NCBI GenBank assembly: GCA_964521295.1 | Contig: CAZFRF010000001.1 | Span: 577,016 to 641,015, forward strand | Origin: an uncultured Gammaproteobacteria bacterium | GTDB taxonomy: Bacteria; Patescibacteriota; Microgenomatia; Levybacterales; UBA12049 | Reading direction: 5' to 3' | DNA: 64,000 nt | Program-made: the position numbers and the translations under genes | The notes under the pieces: model-generated | The model's database searches: none | Seen by the model: only the letters and a program-made list of their open reading frames with translations | Told to the model about the DNA's origin: nothing | Shown: piece by piece, positions 20,505-29,726 of the stretch | Layout of the letters: each line of letters starts with the position of its first letter | Position numbering within the stretch: position 1 is the stretch's first letter

Positions 20505-21143
20505 TCAATAGGCAGGTTTTACAATAATTGATTTTTTAATTTCAGAAATTCTACCAAATTTATTTATTGCCTTTATATTGATCGTAAAATCTCCCGGAAA
20601 TACATTTAATGATTTAATAAATCTACCATTATCACTAACTGTGACTGCTTCTTTATTTACATAAATAGCAGAATTTGGATCAGTACTACCAGAAACAATT
20701 ATCTCTGTTGTCTTAACAACGCTTTCTTTAGGTAAATAAAGTTGAAGTGGTGGGTTAATAAAAGCATAGCGATATTGATAAATAATGTAAAAAATGAAAA
20801 AAACAAATATTACGGCACCGATAAGTAAGGTTTGCCTAATCCTAAATCCACGAGCAGGAAAATTATCTTTGGTTTCAAAACCTTTAGGCAAAACTCTGTA
20901 AGCTTTCTCGCTATCATATTCTCTTTTAAATATTGGCATTATTTCTTTATCGGGAATGCCGAGAAATTTAGCATAATTTTTAACAAATCCTTGAGCATAG
21001 GAAACAGAAGGAAGCTTGGAATATTCTCCTTTTTCAATATACTCCAAAAAAATTACTTTTATTTTCGTATTCTTAGCAACCTCATCTAGGCTAATGCCCT
21101 GTTCTAACCTAGCTTCTTTGAGTCTTAATCCAGCTTTTAACAT
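20505..21143 (-). CDS. rodZ: cytoskeleton protein RodZ-like (HTH + TM + C-terminal domain)
   Basis: N-terminal XRE-type HTH (LRLKEARLEQGISLDEVAKNTKIKVIFLEYIE), central TM helix, C-terminal DUF4115-like beta domain. Confidence 0.7.
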   Translation of the reverse strand: MLKAGLRLKEARLEQGISLDEVAKNTKIKVIFLEYIEKGEYSKLPSVSYAQGFVKNYAKFLGIPDKEIMPIFKREYDSEKAYRVLPKGFETKDNFPARGFRIRQTLLIGAVIFVFFIFYIIYQYRYAFINPPLQLYLPKESVVKTTEIIVSGSTDPNSAIYVNKEAVTVSDNGRFIKSLNVFPGDFTINIKAINKFGRISEIKKSIIVKPAY

Positions 21144-21151
21144 AGGCGGTT

Positions 21152-23269
21152 TTATTCATTGCTTTGATTTAAATTAGCAATAAATTCCTCTGCGTTTGTA
21201 ACTAATACATCTCTTGGCTTACTTCCTTCAGCTCTACCAACCGCACCAACTGCCTCTAATTGATCCAATATTCTAGCTGCTCTTGAATAACCAATCGAAA
21301 GTCTTCTTTGTAAAAGAGATGCTGATGCCTTATCATGCTGACAAATAATTCTGATGGACTCGTCAAAAAGCGCATCTTTGCCATCTCCACCTGTACTTGC
21401 CATACCTTTTTTAGCAGATACCAATGGCTGAGACAAGACTTCTTCTGTATATTGAACTGGAGGATTTTCTTTCTTCAAAAAATCTACCAAGTTTCTTACT
21501 TCTTTTTCAGAAACAAATGCACCCTGAATTCTAGATGCTTTTGCTTGATCTGGAGGAATATATAACATATCTCCTCTTCCAAGTAGTTTTTCAGCCCCTG
21601 GAGTGTCCAAGATAACACGAGAATCAATCATAGATGAAACATTAAAAGCAATTCTAGCTGGAATATTAGCTTTAATAAGACCAGTGATAACATCAACAGA
21701 TGGCCTCTGTGTAGCAACAACTAAATGGATTCCAGTTGCCCTTGCCATTTGAGCAAGCCTTGCAATTGCGTCTTCCACCTCAACTGGAGCATAAGCCATT
21801 AAATCAGCTAACTCATCAATAAAAAGGACAATATAAGGAAGAGTTTGGAACCCAGCAAGTTCATTATATGAATCTATATTTCTAACACCGTGCTCTGCAA
21901 AAGTCTTATATCTTCTATCCATCTCCCCCATTGCCCATTTAAGAGATGCTAAAATCTTATCTACTTCTACTATAACCGGTGTCATTAAATGAGGAATTCC
22001 ATTATAACTTGTTAATTCAACTCTTTTAGGATCGATCATAATAAGCCTGACTTCATCAGGAGTCGCCCTAAATAAAAGTGAGGAAATAAAACTATTCATC
22101 ATAACTGATTTTCCAGAACCAGTCGTACCAGCAATTAAAACATGAGGCATTTTACCAATATCAGCAACCAAAGGATTACCAGAAACATCTAATCCCATTG
22201 AAACTGCTAATTTAGATTTGTTTTTACGCATTGGCTCAGATGAAAGCATAGTTCTTAAAGTTACTACCTCTAATGACTTATTTGGTATTTCAATACCTAC
22301 CAAGTTTCTTCCAGGAATTGGAGCCTCAATCCTAATCTGGCCAGTTGGGGCTTCGGTATTCAAAGCAATATCGTTTGCCAAGTTAGTAATCTTGGAAACC
22401 TTGGTACCAAGTGGAACTTGCAATGCATACTGTGTAACTGCAGGACCAAGATTAACTTCAACAACTTTTGCACCAATTCTAAAGCTTCCCAATGTTTCTT
22501 CAATTTTTGCAGCAATCTTTTTAACATCTCCCCTATCTGCTTTTTGAGATGAATCAGAAGAAAGTAAATCTAATGGAGGAAGCTTCCAAACACCTGCTTT
22601 ACCAGGATTATTAACTACTAATTTGTCAGAAATTAATGTCTCTTCTTTCTTAATTGGGGTATTGGAATTAATCTTAATATCTTTAGGCATATCCTTATCC
22701 ATTCCCTTAATAATCATTTGACTCTCGCCTAATTTATTAATAGGTTTTTTCTGGAAAAAACCTAAGACACTTGATGGAAAAAGCTTTGGTAAAAAATTTA
22801 AAATAGCTCCAAATATTTCAGCCAACTCATCCATAGATGTATCAAATAAAACAATAAGACCGATAAATACTCCGACTAAATAAACTGCAAAAGCACCAAA
22901 ATTTCCTAAAACTTCTGCAATTAGCTGATTTAAGTATTCACCAATTCCACCAGTTTTTCCAATACCTAAAAGAGAAAGGTATAAAATAAAAAACCCAATT
23001 GAAACATTCGGTTGAGAAATAAACATCTTAAGTCTTAAAAAGAAAAAGCCTAAAATAATTAAAAAGATAGGAAGTAAAAATGCAAGAACTCCAAAATAAG
23101 CACGCATATAATCATTGATTACAACAAGTGAGGGGCCAGATTTTGTAAAAGAGAAACCGAGCAATACTCCAGTTAAAACAATACCAAAAGCAAAAATAGA
23201 ATAAACAGTATTTTTCTTAAGCTTAACCTTAAACTTACTTTTGTGATAATGTCTTCTACTCTTTGCCAT
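21152..23269 (-). CDS. ftsK: DNA translocase FtsK/SpoIIIE
   Basis: 705 aa. N-terminal multi-TM region. Walker A LIAGTTGSGKSV. FtsK motor-domain blocks. C-terminal winged-helix gamma-like domain (LLQRRLSIGYSRAARILDQLE). Confidence 0.9.
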   Translation of the reverse strand: MAKSRRHYHKSKFKVKLKKNTVYSIFAFGIVLTGVLLGFSFTKSGPSLVVINDYMRAYFGVLAFLLPIFLIILGFFFLRLKMFISQPNVSIGFFILYLSLLGIGKTGGIGEYLNQLIAEVLGNFGAFAVYLVGVFIGLIVLFDTSMDELAEIFGAILNFLPKLFPSSVLGFFQKKPINKLGESQMIIKGMDKDMPKDIKINSNTPIKKEETLISDKLVVNNPGKAGVWKLPPLDLLSSDSSQKADRGDVKKIAAKIEETLGSFRIGAKVVEVNLGPAVTQYALQVPLGTKVSKITNLANDIALNTEAPTGQIRIEAPIPGRNLVGIEIPNKSLEVVTLRTMLSSEPMRKNKSKLAVSMGLDVSGNPLVADIGKMPHVLIAGTTGSGKSVMMNSFISSLLFRATPDEVRLIMIDPKRVELTSYNGIPHLMTPVIVEVDKILASLKWAMGEMDRRYKTFAEHGVRNIDSYNELAGFQTLPYIVLFIDELADLMAYAPVEVEDAIARLAQMARATGIHLVVATQRPSVDVITGLIKANIPARIAFNVSSMIDSRVILDTPGAEKLLGRGDMLYIPPDQAKASRIQGAFVSEKEVRNLVDFLKKENPPVQYTEEVLSQPLVSAKKGMASTGGDGKDALFDESIRIICQHDKASASLLQRRLSIGYSRAARILDQLEAVGAVGRAEGSKPRDVLVTNAEEFIANLNQSNE

Positions 23270-23311
23270 ACAAACTATTATAGATATTTTAGAGGCTAAC
23301 TACAAGTCAAA

Positions 23312-24967
23312 TCAAACCTCAATAACGATAGGCAAAACCAAGGGGTGCTTACGCAGGTTTTTATAAATATATTTTTCAGAAATTTGTCCAATTGTTTTTC
23401 TAAAATGAATCCAATTTGTAATTGGTTGTCCTTTACCGCTTAGAGATCTAGTTAGCTCTTTTACCAAAGACACGCTAAGATCACTTGCTTCAGCAGGTGT
23501 TAGACCTCTGACGACAATATTGGGTTTTTCTGCCAATCTTCCACTTTGACCATCTACTTCTGCTATAACGACAACTATCCCTTCTTTTGCAATTTTTTGC
23601 CTATCCATTAAAACAAAGCTTTCAACTTCTTCTCCGGAAATTTGATCAACATAAACATTCTTAAGCTGTAATTTTTTACCAAAAAAACTTCGTTCTTTAG
23701 TAAAAACAACTTCCTGTCCGTTATCAGCCAGTAAAATATTTTCATCCTTAAAACCTTGTCTTCTTGCAAGCGATCTATACGCAACCATATGCCTATAATT
23801 TCCACCAATTGGCATAACATTTTTGGGCTTAGTTAAACTCATCATAAGCATTAAATCCTCTGAGTAACCGTGTCCTGAAACGTGAAAATCTGAAGAGATA
23901 GATGAATATATAACTCTAGCACCTTTTTTAGAAATTAAATCCAAAAGTGAATTAATTGAAATTTCATTTCCTGGAATTGGATCTGAGGAAAAAATTATTG
24001 TATCCTGTGGACTTAATTTTATTTCTCTAAACTCTCCAGTAACAATTCTTGTTAAAGCAGAGTTTTCTTGACCCTGACTTCCTGCAACGACTAATACCAA
24101 ATCTCTATCCTTAATGTGTCTTAAATTATCTATTGAAACTTCCATGCCTTTAGGAACGCTTAAATATCCCATTCTTTGAGCAATATCTTTTACCTTAATA
24201 ACAGATCTTCCAATAAAACAGATCTTTTTATTAAACTTTTGCGCGCAACGAATTACCTGATTAAGTCTTGAGATATTGGATGAATAAGTTGTGACAATAA
24301 ATTTACCTTGAGTATTTTCCATCTCTTCCTCAAAAGCTTTGGTAATTTTTTGTTCAGTTGGAGTTTTACCAGGTTTTTCTGAACCCAAACTATCAGACAA
24401 AAGACATAAAATTCCTTGATTAGCAAATTGAGCAATTTTATGAAATTCAGTTTTTTTATTATCATATGGAGTTAAATCAAACTTAAAATCAGAACCATGA
24501 TAAAAATTTCCAACAGGAGTTTTAATAAATATATTAGATGTATCTGGTACACTGTGGGTAATTCTAACAAAAGAGATTGTAAAACTTCCTAATTTCAGCT
24601 CTCCCCCATCAAACTCAACTTTTTGAACTCTCCTATTAACACCATATTCTTTTAGCTTTTCATTTGAAAATTCAGCAGTTAAGGGGGTTGCGTAAACAGG
24701 AAAATCTGGAAGCTCAGGTAAGACATATGGCAAAGCTCCTAAATGATCCTCATGCCCATGAGTAATCGCCATGCCAACTATTTTTTTATTTGTGGTTTTT
24801 AAATATGAAATATCGGGAAGCGTTAAGTCTACGCCCACCATTGCTTCATTTGCAAAACCTAAACCACAGTCAATAAGGAGTATTTCATTTTTATACTCGT
24901 AAACATACATATTTCGGGTTACATCCGAAACTCCTCCTAGGGGGATTATTGAAACTTTTTCATCCAT
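23312..24967 (-). CDS. rnj: ribonuclease J
   Basis: 551 aa. Metallo-beta-lactamase motif HGHEDH. Beta-CASP region and RNase J C-terminal domain. Confidence 0.9.
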   Translation of the reverse strand: MDEKVSIIPLGGVSDVTRNMYVYEYKNEILLIDCGLGFANEAMVGVDLTLPDISYLKTTNKKIVGMAITHGHEDHLGALPYVLPELPDFPVYATPLTAEFSNEKLKEYGVNRRVQKVEFDGGELKLGSFTISFVRITHSVPDTSNIFIKTPVGNFYHGSDFKFDLTPYDNKKTEFHKIAQFANQGILCLLSDSLGSEKPGKTPTEQKITKAFEEEMENTQGKFIVTTYSSNISRLNQVIRCAQKFNKKICFIGRSVIKVKDIAQRMGYLSVPKGMEVSIDNLRHIKDRDLVLVVAGSQGQENSALTRIVTGEFREIKLSPQDTIIFSSDPIPGNEISINSLLDLISKKGARVIYSSISSDFHVSGHGYSEDLMLMMSLTKPKNVMPIGGNYRHMVAYRSLARRQGFKDENILLADNGQEVVFTKERSFFGKKLQLKNVYVDQISGEEVESFVLMDRQKIAKEGIVVVIAEVDGQSGRLAEKPNIVVRGLTPAEASDLSVSLVKELTRSLSGKGQPITNWIHFRKTIGQISEKYIYKNLRKHPLVLPIVIEV

Positions 24968-24968
24968 A

Positions 24969-26027
24969 TTAAATACCTATAAACTGCTTAACATTTGTTG
25001 CATCAATTTTTACCTGAGCATTATTTGCTACTTTTCCTTGAACAATTAATAGAGCTACCTTTCTAACAATACCTTGCAGTGTGTGCTCTAAACTTCTTAT
25101 ACCACTATCATAGCCCAATGGCCTAATGATTTGTGGCCATAAAGCTTCATCGATTATAACCTGATTATCGACTAATCCATTTTGTTTAATAATTTTTGCC
25201 AGTAAATAATCTTTTCCTATTATAACTTTTTCAGAATCAGTATACGATGGCATTTGTAAAACTTCCATTCTGTCTAGTACTGCTGTTGAAATATTAGTTG
25301 TATTATTTGCTGTGGCAACGAATAAAACATTAGATAAATCAAAAGGATAATCAATATAATGATCAGTAAACGTTTTATTCTGCTCACTATCCAAAAGCTC
25401 AACTAAAACTCCCATGATATCCGCTCTTGCATCATTAGATACTCTATCTAACTCATCAAGTAAAATTACCGGGTTTTTGCTTTGCGCATGAACAAGTTTT
25501 TTAATAATCAGTCCTGGTTCAGCATCTGCAAAACTTCTTGACTGTCCTCTTAAAGCCAAGGAGTCTCCCATTCCTCCTAAGGGAATCCTTTCAAATTTTC
25601 TACCTAAAGACTCTGCGATTGATGATGCTAGAGTGGTTTTTCCAGTTCCTACTAATCCCACTAAAAAAAGTATTGGGGCTCTAACTACCTCACTTTTTTG
25701 TTTACTTAAAATAATTGCAGATAAATATTCTAAAATTGAATTTTTAACTGTATCTAAACCATGATGGTTTTTATCTAAAATTTGCTTTGCCATATTAATA
25801 TCTAATGTATCTTTTGTTTCTAAATTAAAAGGAAGAGTTGATATCCACTTTATATAATTTGCTATGTTTTCAAAATTAACAAAATTTCCATTTCCGCTTT
25901 TTAAAGAAGAATCTAAGATGGCTAACATCGAAGTTATTTTTTCTAATAAATCAGAAGGCAAATTTGCAGCCTGTACTTTTTCTTGCAATTTTTGCAATTG
26001 AGCATTAACACTCGCTGAAGAGTCCAT
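24969..26027 (-). CDS. Lon-like AAA+ ATPase module without a protease domain
   Basis: 352 aa. Matches the Lon pre-AAA linker (ILDKNHHGLDTVKNSILEYL). Walker A GLVGTGKTT. Lon-specific LGGMGDSLALRGQSRSF. Walker B ILLDELDRVS. Sensor region VATANN and LDRMEVLQMPSYTDSEK. The ORF ends where the S16 peptidase domain would begin, and rnj starts 2 nt later. Confidence 0.8.
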   Translation of the reverse strand: MDSSASVNAQLQKLQEKVQAANLPSDLLEKITSMLAILDSSLKSGNGNFVNFENIANYIKWISTLPFNLETKDTLDINMAKQILDKNHHGLDTVKNSILEYLSAIILSKQKSEVVRAPILFLVGLVGTGKTTLASSIAESLGRKFERIPLGGMGDSLALRGQSRSFADAEPGLIIKKLVHAQSKNPVILLDELDRVSNDARADIMGVLVELLDSEQNKTFTDHYIDYPFDLSNVLFVATANNTTNISTAVLDRMEVLQMPSYTDSEKVIIGKDYLLAKIIKQNGLVDNQVIIDEALWPQIIRPLGYDSGIRSLEHTLQGIVRKVALLIVQGKVANNAQVKIDATNVKQFIGI

Positions 26028-26072
26028 ATATTAATAATAGCAGATACTTAAAATCGAAGTATGAAAATCTAT

Positions 26073-28412
26073 TTAGTAAGTAGGTTTTTTACCGAATCTA
26101 GGTTTATTTCCCCATTCTCCTCTTCTTTCTCTTCTAAATTGTTGAGAAAGTGGATGATCAGAACCTGATCTATTATCATTATCTCTTCTATTAAAATCTC
26201 TTTGACCACTTCTTGGCGTATAACCCCTTGATCCACCGCTATATGGTCTTTTTTCAAATGATCTTTCTTGCCTTGGTCTCTCTACTCTTTCTTTTTCTTT
26301 TGCTTCTGCATCTTCACCGAAAAGCATTGAAAGATTTACTCTACCTTGATCATCAATCTCAACAACTCTTACCTTAACTTTTTGACCAATCTCTACAACT
26401 TCTGAAGGATTATTTACATATTCAGTAGACATTTTTGAGACATGAACCATACCTTCTTTTCCAGGTAAGAATTCAACAAATGCTCCAAAAGGTAAAATTC
26501 TTTTTACTTCTCCATCAAATATTTCTCCAACTTCTACCTGTCTTACTAAACTCTTTACCCAATCCAAAGCTTTAGTAACTGCATCTTGATCAACTCCAGA
26601 TACTGTTACGCTTCCATCATCTTCAACGTCTACTTGAGCACCAGTTTGAGCAATAATATTTTTAATTACTTTTCCACCAGGACCAATAAGTTCTCCAATT
26701 TTTTCAACTGGAATTTTAACCATTTCAATCTTTGGTGCATAAATTGATAATGCTGATTTTGGTGCAGAGATTGTTGCAAGCATTTTTTCCAAAATAGTAA
26801 GTCTAGCTTTTTTAGCAGCTACAAAAATATCTTTAATCTGAGCAACTGTAAGACCAGGGATCTTTACATCCAATTGGATTGCAGTTACTCCTGAATCCGT
26901 ACCTGCAACTTTAAAATCCATATCTCCTGAGAAATCTTCTAAACCAATAATATCTGTTAATAATTGATATTTATTTTCATCTGACATCATTCCAATTGAA
27001 ATTCCAGCTACGGGTTTTTTAATTGGTACACCAGCATCCATTAATGCTAGGGTTGATCCACAAGTAGATGCCATTGAACTTGATCCATTTTGCGATAAAA
27101 CCTCAGATACAACTCTAATTGTATAAGGGAAATCTGCTTGAGAAGGAATAACAGCTTCTAATGCTCTTTCTGCCAATGCTCCATGTCCAATTTCACGTCT
27201 TGATGGAGTTCCAACTCTACCTGTTTGTCCAAATGAGTATGGAAGTCCACTATAGTGATGAATATATTTTTTAGACTCTTCGCCTTCTGCTGACTCTATT
27301 AACTGTTCCATTCTTGGAGATCCTAGCGTTACAACTGATAAGGCTTGTGTAATTCCTCTTTGAAAAAGTGCGCTTCCATGAGTTCTAGGTAAAATTCCTA
27401 CTTCTGCAAAAATATTCCTGATTTCATCAAAAGCTCTTCCATCTGCTCTTTTACCCTTTTCTAAAACATTAGATCTAATTGTCTTAAACATTACATATTC
27501 AACAGCTTTTGCAACAATTTTCTTATCCAAAGTCGATTCCTCATCTTTTACTTTTGCATCTGTTAATATTTTTTCAATTAACAAACCCATTTCATCTCCA
27601 CCGCTTTCTTTACTTACTCTGGATTCAATTAAAGCTTGAATGTCTTCTATATAAGATTTTTTAACTAAAGCAATGGCATCATTAAGATCAGCCTCTTCTG
27701 CAACTTCTAGTTTTTTCTGTCCAACTTTTTTAACTAATTCTTCAATTCCTGCAATTACTTTTTTGGTTTCAATATGAGCTTTTTCAATTGCATCAACTAA
27801 AAGATCTTCAGAAATTTGACTTGCTCCTGCCTCAATCATGACTGTTTTATCATTTGACTGAGAAACAACTAAATCTAATTCTGAATATTCCTGTGCTAAT
27901 CCTGGGTTAATGATACATGCTGCTCCGCCTTCGCCCTCTTCTTTAACGCAACCAACTCTTACTGCTCCTATTGGTCCATTCCATGGAATTCTAGAAATAG
28001 CCAAAGCTGCTGAAACGGCATTTAAAGCAACTATATCTGCTTCATTTTCTCCATCAACAGATAATACGGTTGCAATAACTTGTACTTCATTTTTGAAAGC
28101 TTTGGGGAATAATGGTCTTATAGATCTATCGATAAGTCTTCCCGCTAAAATTGCCTCGTCACTTGGTCTTCCTTCTCTTTTAACCCATCTACTACCTTTA
28201 ATTTTTCCGCCAGCATAAAGTCTCTCAACATAATCAACTGATAATGGGAAATAATCTAAGCTTGTTGGTCCGCCTTCAACAACAGTAACTAAAACTACTG
28301 TATCTCCAAGACGAGCCAATACTGAAGATGTTGCTTGTACAGCAAGCTCTCCTGTAGTTAGCGTTAATGTTTTACCTGCTAAATCTAATTCTACCGAGGT
28401 TTTTTTATTCAT
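26073..28412 (-). CDS. pnp: polyribonucleotide nucleotidyltransferase (PNPase) with an Arg/Gly-rich C-terminal extension
   Basis: 779 aa. Two RNase PH-like domains, KH and S1 domains. An extra ~75-aa RGG/RS-like tail follows the S1 domain. Confidence 0.95.
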   Translation of the reverse strand: MNKKTSVELDLAGKTLTLTTGELAVQATSSVLARLGDTVVLVTVVEGGPTSLDYFPLSVDYVERLYAGGKIKGSRWVKREGRPSDEAILAGRLIDRSIRPLFPKAFKNEVQVIATVLSVDGENEADIVALNAVSAALAISRIPWNGPIGAVRVGCVKEEGEGGAACIINPGLAQEYSELDLVVSQSNDKTVMIEAGASQISEDLLVDAIEKAHIETKKVIAGIEELVKKVGQKKLEVAEEADLNDAIALVKKSYIEDIQALIESRVSKESGGDEMGLLIEKILTDAKVKDEESTLDKKIVAKAVEYVMFKTIRSNVLEKGKRADGRAFDEIRNIFAEVGILPRTHGSALFQRGITQALSVVTLGSPRMEQLIESAEGEESKKYIHHYSGLPYSFGQTGRVGTPSRREIGHGALAERALEAVIPSQADFPYTIRVVSEVLSQNGSSSMASTCGSTLALMDAGVPIKKPVAGISIGMMSDENKYQLLTDIIGLEDFSGDMDFKVAGTDSGVTAIQLDVKIPGLTVAQIKDIFVAAKKARLTILEKMLATISAPKSALSIYAPKIEMVKIPVEKIGELIGPGGKVIKNIIAQTGAQVDVEDDGSVTVSGVDQDAVTKALDWVKSLVRQVEVGEIFDGEVKRILPFGAFVEFLPGKEGMVHVSKMSTEYVNNPSEVVEIGQKVKVRVVEIDDQGRVNLSMLFGEDAEAKEKERVERPRQERSFEKRPYSGGSRGYTPRSGQRDFNRRDNDNRSGSDHPLSQQFRRERRGEWGNKPRFGKKPTY

Positions 28413-28427
28413 TTAATATATAAATCC

Positions 28428-28697
28428 TTAATCTTTTAATCCTACTCTTTTTACGATTTCAGAGGATCTCTTTTTATCCACTTTTTCTAAAAAGTTTATA
28501 AGCCTTCTTCTTTTTGCAATCATGGACAAAAGTCCACGTCTTGAATGATTATCATGCATATGACCTTTCAAATGCTCTGTTAATCTTTCGATTCTATGTG
28601 TTAAAAGCGCAACCTGAACTTCGGGACTTCCGGTATCGCCCTTAACTGTTTGAAACTCTTTAATTATATCTTGTTTTACTGAAGTACTGAGTGGCAT
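28428..28697 (-). CDS. rpsO: 30S ribosomal protein S15
   Basis: 89 aa. S15 signature LTEHLKGHMHDNHSRRGLLSMIAKRRRLINFL. Sits immediately upstream of pnp. Confidence 0.95.
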   Translation of the reverse strand: MPLSTSVKQDIIKEFQTVKGDTGSPEVQVALLTHRIERLTEHLKGHMHDNHSRRGLLSMIAKRRRLINFLEKVDKKRSSEIVKRVGLKD

Positions 28698-28767
28698 AAA
28701 TAAATTCTCAATCCTTAATCCTATATATTATATCAGGTTCTTTCTTAATTTACAATGATCTTAAATT

Positions 28768-29721
28768 TTAGAAATTTGTTGATCCTTTGTAGATTTTTGG
28801 CTCTAACCAATCTTCTGGAGGATTAACTGGCTGAATTGGTTGAGGTGCGCCTTCTTTCCTCTCAACAGTATCAATTGGCTTTTCCTCAGCCAAAGGTTTC
28901 TCTGCCTGGCTTCTTACTAATTCTTCCTGTTGTTTAATAAAATTATCAACTGGTCTTTGCACTTGAGCTCTTGGAGCGGGAGCAAATGATGAATTTGGCC
29001 TAACCGCACCAGTTCTCATTAAAATTCCTGCCATTTCAAAAGCTAAAGAACTAGCTAATTCTGATTGAAAATTATCAGTTGCACTTGCAATACCATTCAT
29101 TAAATTTTGGGCTACATCAACATCTAATTTTAAATTAAGACCTAAGATTAAATTGGCCATTGCCTCTGAAATTGATGAAAATCTTGGAGAAACCATTAAG
29201 ATATCTCCAAAACCTTGATTGTCTGCTTTGTTATCAATATTAATAACAACTGTGTCTTTAAGCTGAGCTGGATTATATAAATTTCCTAAATCAGAAATTC
29301 TTGCAGCTCCAACAACAAATAAGAGTTCAGGGCCTGCTCCGCCTCGTGTAAACTTAACATCTTGCTCTTGGAAATTTAAACCTAATTCTCCAGCTTTTAC
29401 AACAATGTTTAAGAAATTATCATCTCTTGTATAAGAAACTTTTTCAATTTCTCCTTCTTTATATGGAAAAGAAACAATTAAATCTCCACCTTCACCGCCA
29501 AGGCTTGTAGTAACTTTATCAATTCCCACTAAACTTGAGACTTCAACTAGAGGTGCATTTGGAGTAGCAATTGTGAGATTTTTGCCCAAATTAGCCATAG
29601 AAAGATATAATCCTAAAGCTGCGCCCATCTCATCAATTGATGGATTTACAGGTACAACAATAGCAATATTTTTATATTTGCCTAAGGCTTCTTGAATTTT
29701 GGAAAATGTTAAATTATCCAT
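28768..29721 (-). CDS. DHH-family-like protein with degenerate catalytic motifs and a Pro/Gln-rich C-terminal tail
   Basis: 317 aa. Spacing resembles NrnA/DHH motifs I-III, but motif I His is replaced (VVPVNPSIDEMGAA) and the DHH triad is replaced (IDNKADNQ). No DHHA1 GGGH. The gene sits where rbfA/truB or nrnA lie in the nusA-infB-rpsO-pnp cluster. Confidence 0.45.
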   Translation of the reverse strand: MDNLTFSKIQEALGKYKNIAIVVPVNPSIDEMGAALGLYLSMANLGKNLTIATPNAPLVEVSSLVGIDKVTTSLGGEGGDLIVSFPYKEGEIEKVSYTRDDNFLNIVVKAGELGLNFQEQDVKFTRGGAGPELLFVVGAARISDLGNLYNPAQLKDTVVINIDNKADNQGFGDILMVSPRFSSISEAMANLILGLNLKLDVDVAQNLMNGIASATDNFQSELASSLAFEMAGILMRTGAVRPNSSFAPAPRAQVQRPVDNFIKQQEELVRSQAEKPLAEEKPIDTVERKEGAPQPIQPVNPPEDWLEPKIYKGSTNF

Positions 29722-29726
29722 ACTTA

